Assembly (NCBI RefSeq): GCF_000011805.1
Contig: NC_006841.2
Direction: 5' to 3' (one strand)
DNA length: 32,000 nt
From: Aliivibrio fischeri ES114
GTDB lineage: Bacteria; Pseudomonadota; Gammaproteobacteria; Enterobacterales; Vibrionaceae
Shown: positions 20,368 to 29,328 of the stretch, piece after piece
How positions within the stretch are numbered: the first letter of the stretch is position 1
How the letters are laid out: each line of letters begins with the position of its first letter
Made by a program: the position numbers and the translations under genes
Notes under the pieces: model-generated
Database searches by the model: none
The model's input: the letters and a program-made list of their open reading frames with translations, nothing else
Told to the model about the DNA's origin: nothing

Positions 20368-20601
20368 TTAATAAAACCTACGAATATTAAACTGTTGATT
20401 TAAAAAAACATGAAAATCATAATGAGTTACATATTCACTTTTCATTAAAATTTCAAACTCATGTAAAATACATTTTAAAATATTAAAATTCAGTTCGTCA
20501 CATGTAATATTTAATACTCGAAGATGTTTAAATAATTTAATTCGGTTCTTATTATCAACATATGACCAGTCATGCACAAAAGACTCCATAAAACACCTCA
20601 A
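20368..20601 (-). CDS. Hypothetical protein, probable operon partner of the 20604 ORF
   Basis: ORF only; starts 2 nt after the upstream ORF stop. Possible start at 20589. Confidence 0.5.
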   Translation of the reverse strand: MRCFMESFVHDWSYVDNKNRIKLFKHLRVLNITCDELNFNILKCILHEFEILMKSEYVTHYDFHVFLNQQFNIRRFY

Positions 20602-20603
20602 AC

Positions 20604-21257
20604 TTAGACTCTATTTAGTTCTATTTCATTATTAATTTTTTCTAAAAAAAACACTATTTTTTCAAAATCAACTTTAGAAGTATCAAACTCATCCATAGAA
20701 AAAAAACCCTCAATAATAAAATTCAATTCAAAAATAAAAGATAAAATAACTTTATTATTAAAGTCATCATCAACATGAATTGACTTAGTCTTCATTAATA
20801 GGCAAATAGTTTCATAATTTTCATTAAGGAATTCATTTAAATAATTACTACTATCAACAACTCTAGATGAAAAAACATCTATTGTAGAAATTAAACTATC
20901 AATAATTTCATAATCAATTTCTTGCTCTATTAAATTAACTATTAACTTATCAATACTTTCATTAATTAAATATATATTTTCAATGAAATAAAAATTATCT
21001 TCTTTCACAATTAATTCCATTTCACTAAAAACAATTTTATTTATTTTTTTACAATCTAGTAAATAAATAATTAGCATATTAACATTGATAATTAAGAATA
21101 AAACTACAGTATTAAAACAGACCTTATCACCTATTTTATTTGTGTATTTTATCAACTTGAAAATTTTAAATATCATTTCTTGTGACATATTTAACAATAC
21201 AAATTCTTTCATAAAACCAACATATTTTATTATATAAAGATTAAAACTAGATAACAC
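20604..21257 (-). CDS. Hypothetical protein, largely helical, Ile/Asn/Lys-rich
   Basis: 217-codon ORF in very AT-rich DNA; start uncertain (MKEFVLLNMS at 21212 is an alternative). Confidence 0.6.
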   Translation of the reverse strand: MLSSFNLYIIKYVGFMKEFVLLNMSQEMIFKIFKLIKYTNKIGDKVCFNTVVLFLIINVNMLIIYLLDCKKINKIVFSEMELIVKEDNFYFIENIYLINESIDKLIVNLIEQEIDYEIIDSLISTIDVFSSRVVDSSNYLNEFLNENYETICLLMKTKSIHVDDDFNNKVILSFIFELNFIIEGFFSMDEFDTSKVDFEKIVFFLEKINNEIELNRV

Positions 21258-21420
21258 ATTGAACTTTTATCATAAAGTTATAGTTAGATTAGAGTAATAC
21301 AAAATCAAATAAAATAATTTAGATATACGCTCAAAATACATAAAAAAAGGCTCATTAGTGATAAATAGGTGTTTTTTAATCATTTTTACTTTACCATAGG
21401 GAAAGATATGGAGGTATTAT

Positions 21421-22230
21421 ATGAAATACATACAATTCAAAAACAAAGAAAATATTAATTTAAAAAGTTTTTATACTAACAATTATGTTTTTGCTTACAT
21501 AACTGGATATAAAGGTCATATATTAATAAATCAATTGCCCTCAAATATATCAAATAATCAACTTATCATAATACCAATACACAGCGAATTTTCATGCCAT
21601 ATAAAAAAAATTAATAGTACATCTACGATTGATGTAATCATTATTAACAAGGATGATATTAATAAAATTATTAAAGATTTAAATATTGATAATTATAAGA
21701 AATACAATAAAAAAGGGGATATATTAAAAATAGAAAATAATAATATCATAAGAACAAACTATTCAATGATAAATATTTTATCTAAAACAGAAATAGATAA
21801 GTCTATAATATTAAATCAATCAATTTCATTTATATTAAAAGAAATATTAAAAGATGGATGGAATATAAATAATACTTTTAGCATAAACACAAAAAGATCT
21901 GTTAAAAGCTTAATATCAGAACTTGTTAAGAAATCACCAGAACATAGCTGGACTCTTATAACCGTTTCAAAAGAATTAAATACAACACCATCAACATTAA
22001 GAAGACATTTAAAAAAAGAAAATATTTCCTTTTCCAAACTATTACTAAAAATAAGGCTTGGGCTCGGACTAAATTATTTAACATTTTCTAATCACTCAAT
22101 TTTAAAAGTAAGCTATTTATCAGGATTTAATAGCTCAGCATATTTTTGTGATGTATTTAAAAAAGAATATCATATGACGCCATCAGAATTTAGAATAAAT
22201 TCTAGAAATAATAACAACTTAAAAATATGA
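21421..22230 (+). CDS. AraC/XylS-family transcriptional regulator
   Basis: C-terminal double HTH: HSWTLITVSKELNTTPSTLRRHLKKENISFSKLLLKIRLGLGLNYLTFSNHSILKVSYLSGFNSSAYFCDVFKKEYHMTPSEFR. Confidence 0.92.
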   Translation: MKYIQFKNKENINLKSFYTNNYVFAYITGYKGHILINQLPSNISNNQLIIIPIHSEFSCHIKKINSTSTIDVIIINKDDINKIIKDLNIDNYKKYNKKGDILKIENNNIIRTNYSMINILSKTEIDKSIILNQSISFILKEILKDGWNINNTFSINTKRSVKSLISELVKKSPEHSWTLITVSKELNTTPSTLRRHLKKENISFSKLLLKIRLGLGLNYLTFSNHSILKVSYLSGFNSSAYFCDVFKKEYHMTPSEFRINSRNNNNLKI

Positions 22231-22232
22231 AA

Positions 22233-22260
22233 TGGCAGGGTATAATTATATACCCTGCTA
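22233..22260. terminator. Hairpin GCAGGGTATA-ATTA-TATACCCTGC between convergent genes
   Basis: 10-bp perfect stem (22235-22244 / 22249-22258), 4-nt loop; poor U-tract on plus, T-rich flank on minus. Confidence 0.55.
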
Positions 22261-22268
22261 ATAATCAC

Positions 22269-22448
22269 TTACCACTTTGTAACAGTCAATTTTCCTCCAC
22301 CTTTCTTATCAAATTCATCTTCCATCCATTCTATTTCACCCGGCATTAATTCAAAAGTGCAATGCATATTATATCCATTAACTAATTCATTTGTACACAT
22401 ATCAATAAAAGATTGTAATGAGCGACAAATTATTGTTTTATTACTCAT
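22269..22448 (-). CDS. Hypothetical 59-aa protein
   Basis: MSNKTIICRSLQSFIDMCTNELVNGYNMHCTFELMPGEIEWMEDEFDKKGGGKLTVTKW; start overlaps the end of the upstream ORF. Confidence 0.5.
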   Translation of the reverse strand: MSNKTIICRSLQSFIDMCTNELVNGYNMHCTFELMPGEIEWMEDEFDKKGGGKLTVTKW

Positions 22449-22629
22449 AACAAAAAATACATTCCTTATTCTTTTTATTATTACTCCAGAAATCATTTTC
22501 TTTAGATATAAGATAAAACAATTTGCTTAGATACTCATCTTTTTCAATAACTTCTGATCTTTCACCTTCATACATTTTTAAAGCTAGCTTAAGACCTTCT
22601 TCTGGATTATTAACAATCAAATCTTTCAT
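22441..22629 (-). CDS. Hypothetical 62-aa protein; shares motifs with 13291..13515
   Basis: MKDLIVNNPEEGLKLALKMYEGERSEVIEKDEYLSKLFYLISKENDFWSNNKKNKECIFCYE. Confidence 0.6.
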   Translation of the reverse strand: MKDLIVNNPEEGLKLALKMYEGERSEVIEKDEYLSKLFYLISKENDFWSNNKKNKECIFCYE

Positions 22630-22826
22630 AAAACTCCATATAATAATATCTTGCAATCATTATGACACAAGGTCATTACGTGCAATTACAAAAAATGCTC
22701 ACATTGTTTATAATCAACCAAAATAAACATTTTTTAGAATAAAATGAACAAACATCTTAATGATAAAATTAATAATTAAATTACTATTATCAAAGTAATA
22801 AATAAAATTATCATTAAGGAGAGCAA

Positions 22827-23417
22827 GTGACTACTTTTAATTTAGAAAGTTATATAAAAAGAAGCATGCGATTTAATAAAAACTATTGCAATTATATCTC
22901 AAAAAAAACAAATAACTTCTTAGATTTAAGAATCACCAAAAACCATATATCAATAAAAAATACCCCTAAGCAACATAGAGGAAAAATTAAATTCACAGAT
23001 CTTTACGACGCTATTTCATATAGGAACTCACTTTACAAAAATAATTGTAACATACCAAATTTATTAATTAAAAAATTACCATTAACAAGAGATTTTCATA
23101 TTATAACTTCAAAAAACACAGAATGTGAATATATTCAAATAAATTTAAGAAATTTAGAAACGTATTTGATAGAACCTAAAATAATTAAAATTGACAATTC
23201 ATGTAAAGGTGAATCAATATCTTTAGCAAAAGCAATATATGAATCACATGCTATAAAAATAAATAAAATAATACACCTTTATAATAAAAACAGATTAGAA
23301 TTAATCAATAATGTAGCAAAAAAGGAACTTGAAACTTTAACACCTTACCTCCCCAAAAAATTCAAATTTGACTATAACTTATGGGAAGTTTGCTATAAAA
23401 ACTCTGACATTAATTAA
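22827..23417 (+). CDS. Hypothetical 196-aa basic protein
   Basis: ORF with RBS-like AAGGAG; Lys/Asn/Ile-rich; a weak AP2-like segment (KIKFTDLYDAISYRNSLYKNN) is only suggestive. Confidence 0.6.
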   Translation: MTTFNLESYIKRSMRFNKNYCNYISKKTNNFLDLRITKNHISIKNTPKQHRGKIKFTDLYDAISYRNSLYKNNCNIPNLLIKKLPLTRDFHIITSKNTECEYIQINLRNLETYLIEPKIIKIDNSCKGESISLAKAIYESHAIKINKIIHLYNKNRLELINNVAKKELETLTPYLPKKFKFDYNLWEVCYKNSDIN

Positions 23418-23441
23418 AAGCAAACTATGACAAATAGATAC

Positions 23442-23705
23442 TTAACGAAAAACCAAATTAATTAAATCTAAGTTTTGCTGGTGAATTTTTTTATTAATTT
23501 CTCTACATTTGTAGATTAATTGATTAGATTCGTTATGTGTCGTAATAATCCTATATTTTGGATTAGTTCTATTTCTTAAATTAGCAATATCTGCTTGTAG
23601 TCTTTTTTTACTTTTCCCTGTCATTTCCATCAAATCATCTATAGGAACATTTTCTTTTTTTATTAAATACTTTAATAAATGATCATTTTTATTTTTTTTA
23701 TTCAT
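23442..23705 (-). CDS. Small putative HTH (winged-helix-like) protein
   Basis: LLKYLIKKENVPIDDLMEMTGKSKKRLQADIANLRNRTNPKYRIITTHNESNQLIYKC looks like a DeoR/HTH_11-type N-terminal wing. Confidence 0.55.
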   Translation of the reverse strand: MNKKNKNDHLLKYLIKKENVPIDDLMEMTGKSKKRLQADIANLRNRTNPKYRIITTHNESNQLIYKCREINKKIHQQNLDLINLVFR

Positions 23706-23892
23706 TCTAAAATAACCTTAATTTAAACACCTCAATTCACACTAATAAACCACATAAATAACAATGATAAAAGATACAAAGTATAACAAAGGTTTAAATG
23801 AACTGTTATTTAAATCAATTGACTATATTTTTGAACGGAAAAATATAATTTTAAATTAAAATTTAAAAAACAATCACATTGAGAATAATAGT

Positions 23893-25767
23893 ATGCAGCT
23901 GAAGAACAAAATAATTTTTTCATTTACATTATTGATATTTATCATAATGTCTTTAACCTCTTTATATAGTTGGATTAACTTTAAAAAATATAGTGAAGAC
24001 CAATTTTTAAATAAAACAAAAATAGAATCAAATCTTCTAGTAACAATACTTGATGAAGAAATAAATGGTTTTTTAAATTTACTAAGAACATATAATATTG
24101 ATTTATCTAAATCAATACCAATACAATCTATTTCGTCTCAAATAAAAATAAGGAAATCAAATAAAAATATACAAGATTCATATATTGCCCTATCTGATGG
24201 TACGGTTTATAGAGAAAGTGGAGAGTTTTTAAATTTTAATGCATCAAATAGAGAATGGTTTAAGTCAATAATTATAGATGAAAATAAAACTGCTATTAGT
24301 AACGTCTATATAGATGAAGTTACTAAAGAACCAGTAATAACATTAAGTATTCCTATTAAAACTTCAGAAAAAATAGAAGCAGTGGCTGCTATAGATGTAA
24401 AAGTTAATACTATAAATAACATTTTAAATTTACATACTGATAAAAGAAATCAATATTATTTAATATCAAACTCTACAGGGAATATTATTGCTAGTGGACA
24501 TAAAAATGATATTGGAAAAGATGCTAACAAATTAATACCGGAATTACTACCAAAGGGAAACCTAACAACATCTACAATTGAAGTAGTGAAAGACAATAAA
24601 AAAATCACTGCTACATATAACAAGTTAAATAATGCAGACTGGACATTAATACTATATGAATATAATGAACAAATAAGTGAAAACAGTACGAGCAATCTTT
24701 TGAAAACAACCATAATGTTTTTAACGTTATTAACGATTTCAGTAATTGCTATATATTACTTTGTCATAAAAAACATATACTTACCAATCGGAGGAGACCC
24801 TAGTGAAATATCAAAAATAATGAAGAGTATGAGTAATGGAAACTTAAATATAAAAATAGAAAATGAAAATAATAGTGGTATTTTCTTATCAATGCTAAAT
24901 CTATCAGAAGAATTAAAAAAAATCACAAACGCCACCAATAACATTACTAAAAAAGTATCATCCTCATCAACAGAACTATCAAGTGTAATGTCTATTGCTG
25001 CAAGTAATGCGCAAATAGAATTAGAACAAATCGAACAAATCACAACCGCTATAAGTGAATTATCAAGTACTGCATCTGAAGTAAACAATAATGCTGTAAG
25101 CACTGATAACGTAATATCAGAAACAATTGATCGTATTGAGCAAGGGAACTTATCTTTAGAAAAATCGAATAATATTTCTAATGAGATCAACCATTCAATT
25201 TTAAATACTGGAAAAATAATTTCAGAACTAAGAGAGTTTTCAACAGAAATTGGTAGCATAATTGATGTTATAAAAATAATATCAGAGCAAATAAATTTAC
25301 TTGCTTTAAATGCTGCAATTGAAGCGGCAAGAGCTGGCGAACAAGGTCGAGGTTTTGCAGTTGTTGCTGACGAAGTTCGAAATCTAGCTGGTAAGACACA
25401 AAAATCAACTGAGAATATTCAAGAAATAATTACAAAATTACAAACTCATACTGAAAAAGCCGATATTTCGATGCGTCATAATGTTGAATTGATTGAAGAT
25501 TCTTCAAATATATCTCTTGAAATGAGAAATTGTTTTCAAGAAATAACACTACTGGTGAATCAAATATCGGATATGAATAGCCTTGTATCAACTGCTTCTC
25601 AAGAACAATCTAATGTAACCGAAGAAGTTGCAAAAAGTGTAATTCACACTTTTGATCTTGTTAATCAAAATGTTACAGGTATAAACCAAAGCAATAGCGC
25701 TAGCGAAGAGTTAGCTAAATTATCCGAAGAACAAAAAAATATCTTAAGTTTTTTTAAACTTAAATAA
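23893..25767 (+). CDS. Methyl-accepting chemotaxis protein with a Cache (dCache-like) sensor domain
   Basis: Large periplasmic domain with [112 protein letters not shown]. Confidence 0.95.
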   Translation: MQLKNKIIFSFTLLIFIIMSLTSLYSWINFKKYSEDQFLNKTKIESNLLVTILDEEINGFLNLLRTYNIDLSKSIPIQSISSQIKIRKSNKNIQDSYIALSDGTVYRESGEFLNFNASNREWFKSIIIDENKTAISNVYIDEVTKEPVITLSIPIKTSEKIEAVAAIDVKVNTINNILNLHTDKRNQYYLISNSTGNIIASGHKNDIGKDANKLIPELLPKGNLTTSTIEVVKDNKKITATYNKLNNADWTLILYEYNEQISENSTSNLLKTTIMFLTLLTISVIAIYYFVIKNIYLPIGGDPSEISKIMKSMSNGNLNIKIENENNSGIFLSMLNLSEELKKITNATNNITKKVSSSSTELSSVMSIAASNAQIELEQIEQITTAISELSSTASEVNNNAVSTDNVISETIDRIEQGNLSLEKSNNISNEINHSILNTGKIISELREFSTEIGSIIDVIKIISEQINLLALNAAIEAARAGEQGRGFAVVADEVRNLAGKTQKSTENIQEIITKLQTHTEKADISMRHNVELIEDSSNISLEMRNCFQEITLLVNQISDMNSLVSTASQEQSNVTEEVAKSVIHTFDLVNQNVTGINQSNSASEELAKLSEEQKNILSFFKLK

Positions 25768-25786
25768 TATTCGTAAATTATAATAA

Positions 25787-25810
25787 AAGTGGTGAGTTAG
25801 CTCACCACTT
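25787..25810. terminator. Bidirectional-type terminator hairpin AAGTGGTGAG-TTAG-CTCACCACTT
   Basis: 10-bp perfect stem, 4-nt loop; overlaps the stop codon of the minus-strand small gene. Confidence 0.75.
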
Positions 25811-25967
25811 CAACTGTTTTATGCTGAGGGCCTAAATAAGTGCCTTCATCAATAAAATAACGCAGTGACTCTTCACACTCAGGGCATTCAAACACTTCAT
25901 TCGGTTCAATTTCTTCATCTTCAACCCAATCCCAACCAATATGCTCTTCACAACTAGGACAATCCAC
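25797..25967 (-). CDS. CPxC-type cysteine-rich small protein (56 aa, GTG start)
   Basis: Manually translated: VDCPSCEEHIGWDWVEDEEIEPNEVFECPECEESLRYFIDEGTYLGPQHKTVEVVS; two CPxC knuckles and GAGGAA RBS. Missed by the supplied ORF track. Confidence 0.85.
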   Translation of the reverse strand: MDCPSCEEHIGWDWVEDEEIEPNEVFECPECEESLRYFIDEGTYLGPQHKTVEVVS

Positions 25968-26100
25968 TTTGCTTCCTCATTAACATTTTTTGAAAATCAT
26001 ATTTATCTAGCTCGATAAAACATAAATTTATCAGTTATGTTTATCATCATAATATTTTGTTATATTGATGATCAACAATACGGTAATGACATGGTGATTT

Positions 26101-26991
26101 ATGCTTAACCCTTTATGGCTCAATACCTTTTGCACTTTGGTTAATGTCGGGCATTTTACTCAAACTGCAGAAAAGCTTTTTATGACACAACCTGGCGTCA
26201 GTCAACACATAAAAAAATTAGAACAAGCTTGTGGTTATGACTTATTAAAGCGTGAAGGGAAAAGTGTCGAGCTTACTGAACAAGGCCGTCTCGTTTATGA
26301 ATATGCGAATAAACAAAAGCAAAATGAAGCTCAACTCATTGAAGCATTAAGTTTTGATGACCCACACAAAGGACTATGTAAATTATCTTGCTCTGGTGCG
26401 TTAGCGCTATCTCTTTACCCTGAATGCATCAACTTACAAAAAGCATATCCAAGCCTGACAACCTCTCTAGAGGCTGCACCAAACCATAAAATTTTAGACG
26501 ATATTCAACGTGGGTCCATTGATATTGGTATTGTTACTCATAACCCAACACCAAGTTTATTTAGTAGTGAAAAACTAACTGAAGAGCCTCTTTGCCTAGT
26601 ATTACCAAAACATTATCAAAATACAGACATCACTATTGAAACCTTAATGCAATGTGGGTTAATCAAACACCCGGATGCAGAGCACTATTTATCACTGTAT
26701 TTTGATAATTGTAAGGATCACGAATTAGAAAGTGGTAATGTAAATGAGTTTCCTGTGGCCAGTTACATCAATCAATTGAGTCAAATTTTATTACCTGTTG
26801 CTCAAGGTATTGGCTTTACTGTATTGCCACAAAGCGCCATCGATGCCTTTCCCGATAAACAAGAGCTGTATATTCACGAGCCAACTCAATTAGTTATGGA
26901 ACGTCTGTTTTTAGTTCACAAACGAAACAGAGACTTACCAAAACGATATCAAACGTTAATAGAGAGAATCAAACAAGTATTACTTTCTTAA
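26101..26991 (+). CDS. LysR-family transcriptional regulator
   Basis: NPLWLNTFCTLVNVGHFTQTAEKLFMTQPGVSQHIKKLEQACGYDLLKREGKSVELTEQGRLV. Confidence 0.93.
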   Translation: MLNPLWLNTFCTLVNVGHFTQTAEKLFMTQPGVSQHIKKLEQACGYDLLKREGKSVELTEQGRLVYEYANKQKQNEAQLIEALSFDDPHKGLCKLSCSGALALSLYPECINLQKAYPSLTTSLEAAPNHKILDDIQRGSIDIGIVTHNPTPSLFSSEKLTEEPLCLVLPKHYQNTDITIETLMQCGLIKHPDAEHYLSLYFDNCKDHELESGNVNEFPVASYINQLSQILLPVAQGIGFTVLPQSAIDAFPDKQELYIHEPTQLVMERLFLVHKRNRDLPKRYQTLIERIKQVLLS

Positions 26992-27005
26992 AGTCCTAAA
27001 ACCAA

Positions 27006-27037
27006 AAAACTCCTGATTATCAGGAGTTTTATTTTTT
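27006..27037 (+). terminator. Rho-independent terminator AAAACTCCTGA-TTA-TCAGGAGTTTT
   Basis: 11-bp perfect stem, 3-nt loop, T-rich tail directly downstream of the LysR gene. Confidence 0.9.
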
Positions 27038-27146
27038 ACCACTTTTTAGCCACATCTTTTGCAGTGTCTTTCCAGTATTGAATTCGCGCACGTTGCAATT
27101 GGGCTTTTCTTGTTCTTTTCATAAGAGACTTCCTTCTAACATTCAT
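27036..27146 (-). CDS. Possible 36-aa basic small protein
   Basis: Manually translated: MNVRRKSLMKRTRKAQLQRARIQYWKDTAKDVAKKW; no family known to me. Confidence 0.3.
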   Translation of the reverse strand: MNVRRKSLMKRTRKAQLQRARIQYWKDTAKDVAKKW

Positions 27147-27450
27147 TTACTCGTCAATGAGCAACTTCATGAATTTCCTTACCCTTTGAATCTATCGAAG
27201 AGTTGCTCACATTGCGAGGATCAAGATCACGAATATTTAAACGTACCGCGTGTTTTTACTTTATTTATATGATCTTAATACCACTTATCCCCATTCTTAA
27301 TACAAAAGCGCAATTCTTCTTTCACACCATACTGAAACATTAATGACATCATAATTCACTAAAACTGTCAGAAAATCGCCTCAAAATCGTCATAAAGACT
27401 CTCTAGGATGACAATCAAATTATTGATGTAGTCCAAAAGGATAGAGACAA

Positions 27451-28503
27451 ATGAAAACATTGCTAACCAGTGCGACATTACTTGTTACTACTTTATCAAC
27501 GCCATTAATGGCAAAAGAAGCCGACATTCAATCCCTTGTAAATGCAGCCCAAAAAGAAGGCCAAGTATACAGTGTTGGTATGCCGGGAAGCTGGGCAAAC
27601 TGGAAAGATACATGGAACGATTTAAATAAATTGTATGGCCTAAAGCATCAAGATACGGACATGAGTTCAGCTCAAGAAATTGCGAAATTTGCAGCAGAAA
27701 AGAACAACGCCACTGCCGATATCGGTGATATTGGCTTTGCTTTTGCACGAGTCGCAGTAAAAAAAGGCGTAACACAAGCTTATAAACCAACCACTTGGGA
27801 TTCAATTCCAGATTGGGCAAAAGATAAAGACGGTCATTGGGCTCTTGCTTATACAGGCACTATATCTTTCATCTCAAATAATAAGTTAGTGAAAAATCCA
27901 CCGACATCTTGGGATGATTTATTAGAAGGAAACTACAAAGTCAGCGTTGGTGATGTTGGTGTGGCAGCGCAAGCAAACAACGCCGTATTAGCAGCCGCTT
28001 TTGCGAAAGGTGGAGATGAAAGCAATCTAAAACCTGCGATTAAATTCTTTGCGGAGTTAGCCAAACAAGGTCGCTTATCTTATACCGACCCAGGTTTAGC
28101 TAATCTAGAAAAAGGGGAAGTCGAAGTTGCGCTACTGTGGGACTTTAATGCTTTAAATTATCGTGACAAATTAGGGCGAGATCGCTTTAGTGTTAATATT
28201 CCTCAGGATGGTTCTGTTATTTCTGGATATACCACTATCATAAATAAATTTGCTAAAAATCCAAATTCGGCAAAATTAGCACGTGAATACATCTTCAGTG
28301 ATCAAGGACAGATTAACCTAGCAGAAGGTTATGCCCGCCCTATTCGTAGTGATGTTGTGTTGCCACAATCAATCCAAGATAAGTTAATTCCTAACGATCA
28401 ATACACCAATGTTCAGCCTGTAAGTGATTTTAAAGCGTGGGAAAAATCCGCTCGTAAATTACCTCGCCAATGGCAAGAAAACGTATTAATTAACCAGCAG
28501 TAA
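27451..28503 (+). CDS. ABC transporter periplasmic substrate-binding protein (PotD/FbpA/PhnS-like)
   Basis: Signal peptide then ADIQSLVNAAQKEGQVYSVGMPGSWANWKDTW..., type 2 SBP; first gene of an ABC operon. Confidence 0.87.
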   Translation: MKTLLTSATLLVTTLSTPLMAKEADIQSLVNAAQKEGQVYSVGMPGSWANWKDTWNDLNKLYGLKHQDTDMSSAQEIAKFAAEKNNATADIGDIGFAFARVAVKKGVTQAYKPTTWDSIPDWAKDKDGHWALAYTGTISFISNNKLVKNPPTSWDDLLEGNYKVSVGDVGVAAQANNAVLAAAFAKGGDESNLKPAIKFFAELAKQGRLSYTDPGLANLEKGEVEVALLWDFNALNYRDKLGRDRFSVNIPQDGSVISGYTTIINKFAKNPNSAKLAREYIFSDQGQINLAEGYARPIRSDVVLPQSIQDKLIPNDQYTNVQPVSDFKAWEKSARKLPRQWQENVLINQQ

Positions 28504-28512
28504 GAGAATTCC

Positions 28513-29328
28513 ATGAGCAGTAAGACTATTCTTGTTGTTCTCGATGGACTTAATTACCAAGTAGCTCATGATTGTATGGGCTACTTAACAGGGTTAATTG
28601 AGCACCAAAGAGCAACGCTATATAAAATTCAATCCGAATTACCTTCAATGTCTCGCCCATTATATGAGTGTTTATTAACGGGTATATCTCCTGTAAATAG
28701 TGGCATTGTAAACAATGATATTGTGCGATTATCTAACCAAGATTCCATATTCAGTTTAGCGACAAGCCAAGGTAAAACTACGGCAGCCGCCGCTTATCAC
28801 TGGGTTAGTGAACTCTATAATATCGCTCCTTATCATGCGACACGTGATCGCTTTACCAACAGCAAGCAACTCAACATTCAGCATGGTTGTTTCTATCATT
28901 GGGATCACTACCCTGATGAAGCGCTATTTCTTGATGCTGAGCACCTGCGTCGTACGCACCAACCAGATTTTTTATTAATCCACCCAATGAATATTGATGA
29001 TGTTGGGCATAAATTTGGTCTGGATTCTCGTCAATATCGAAATAGTGCCCGCACTGCTGACATTATTTTATCTAACTACATTGATGACTGGGTAAACGAC
29101 GGCTATCAAGTCCTTATTACCAGCGATCATGGTATGAATAACGATCTATCACATGGTGGAAATCTACCAGAAGAGCGTGACGTCCCCTTATTTGTTATTG
29201 GAGAGCGCTTTACTCACCAAGCATCCGATAACATCCAGATTAAGCAAACGGATATTTGCGGTGTGTTATGTCAATTATTAAGCCTTAAACACAACAAAAC
29301 CTATCCTCAGGAATTATTAGTATTATGA
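28513..29328 (+). CDS. Alkaline-phosphatase-superfamily hydrolase (nucleotide pyrophosphatase/phosphodiesterase-like)
   Basis: TILVVLDGLNYQVAHDCMGYL...SMSRPLYECLLTG...HPMNIDDVGHKFG...VLITSDHGMNNDLSHGG. Confidence 0.87.
   Translation: MSSKTILVVLDGLNYQVAHDCMGYLTGLIEHQRATLYKIQSELPSMSRPLYECLLTGISPVNSGIVNNDIVRLSNQDSIFSLATSQGKTTAAAAYHWVSELYNIAPYHATRDRFTNSKQLNIQHGCFYHWDHYPDEALFLDAEHLRRTHQPDFLLIHPMNIDDVGHKFGLDSRQYRNSARTADIILSNYIDDWVNDGYQVLITSDHGMNNDLSHGGNLPEERDVPLFVIGERFTHQASDNIQIKQTDICGVLCQLLSLKHNKTYPQELLVL

Noticed and set aside
20200-23890. AT-rich small-ORF block considered as a novel defence island
   Set aside because: No nuclease, helicase, reverse transcriptase, methyltransferase, TIR, toxin-antitoxin or phage gene could be recognised; only a regulatory or accessory interpretation is supported.
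26055-26085. Palindrome-like TATTGATGATCAACAATA upstream of the LysR gene at 26101
   Set aside because: Plausible LysR autoregulatory T-N11-A box but too generic to claim without footprinting or conservation.
27078-27272. 64-aa plus-strand ORF and the 75-110-aa antisense ORFs within the ABC operon (27488..27820, 29513..29740, 30989..31219)
   Set aside because: Antisense or intergenic artefacts; the real ABC genes cover these regions.
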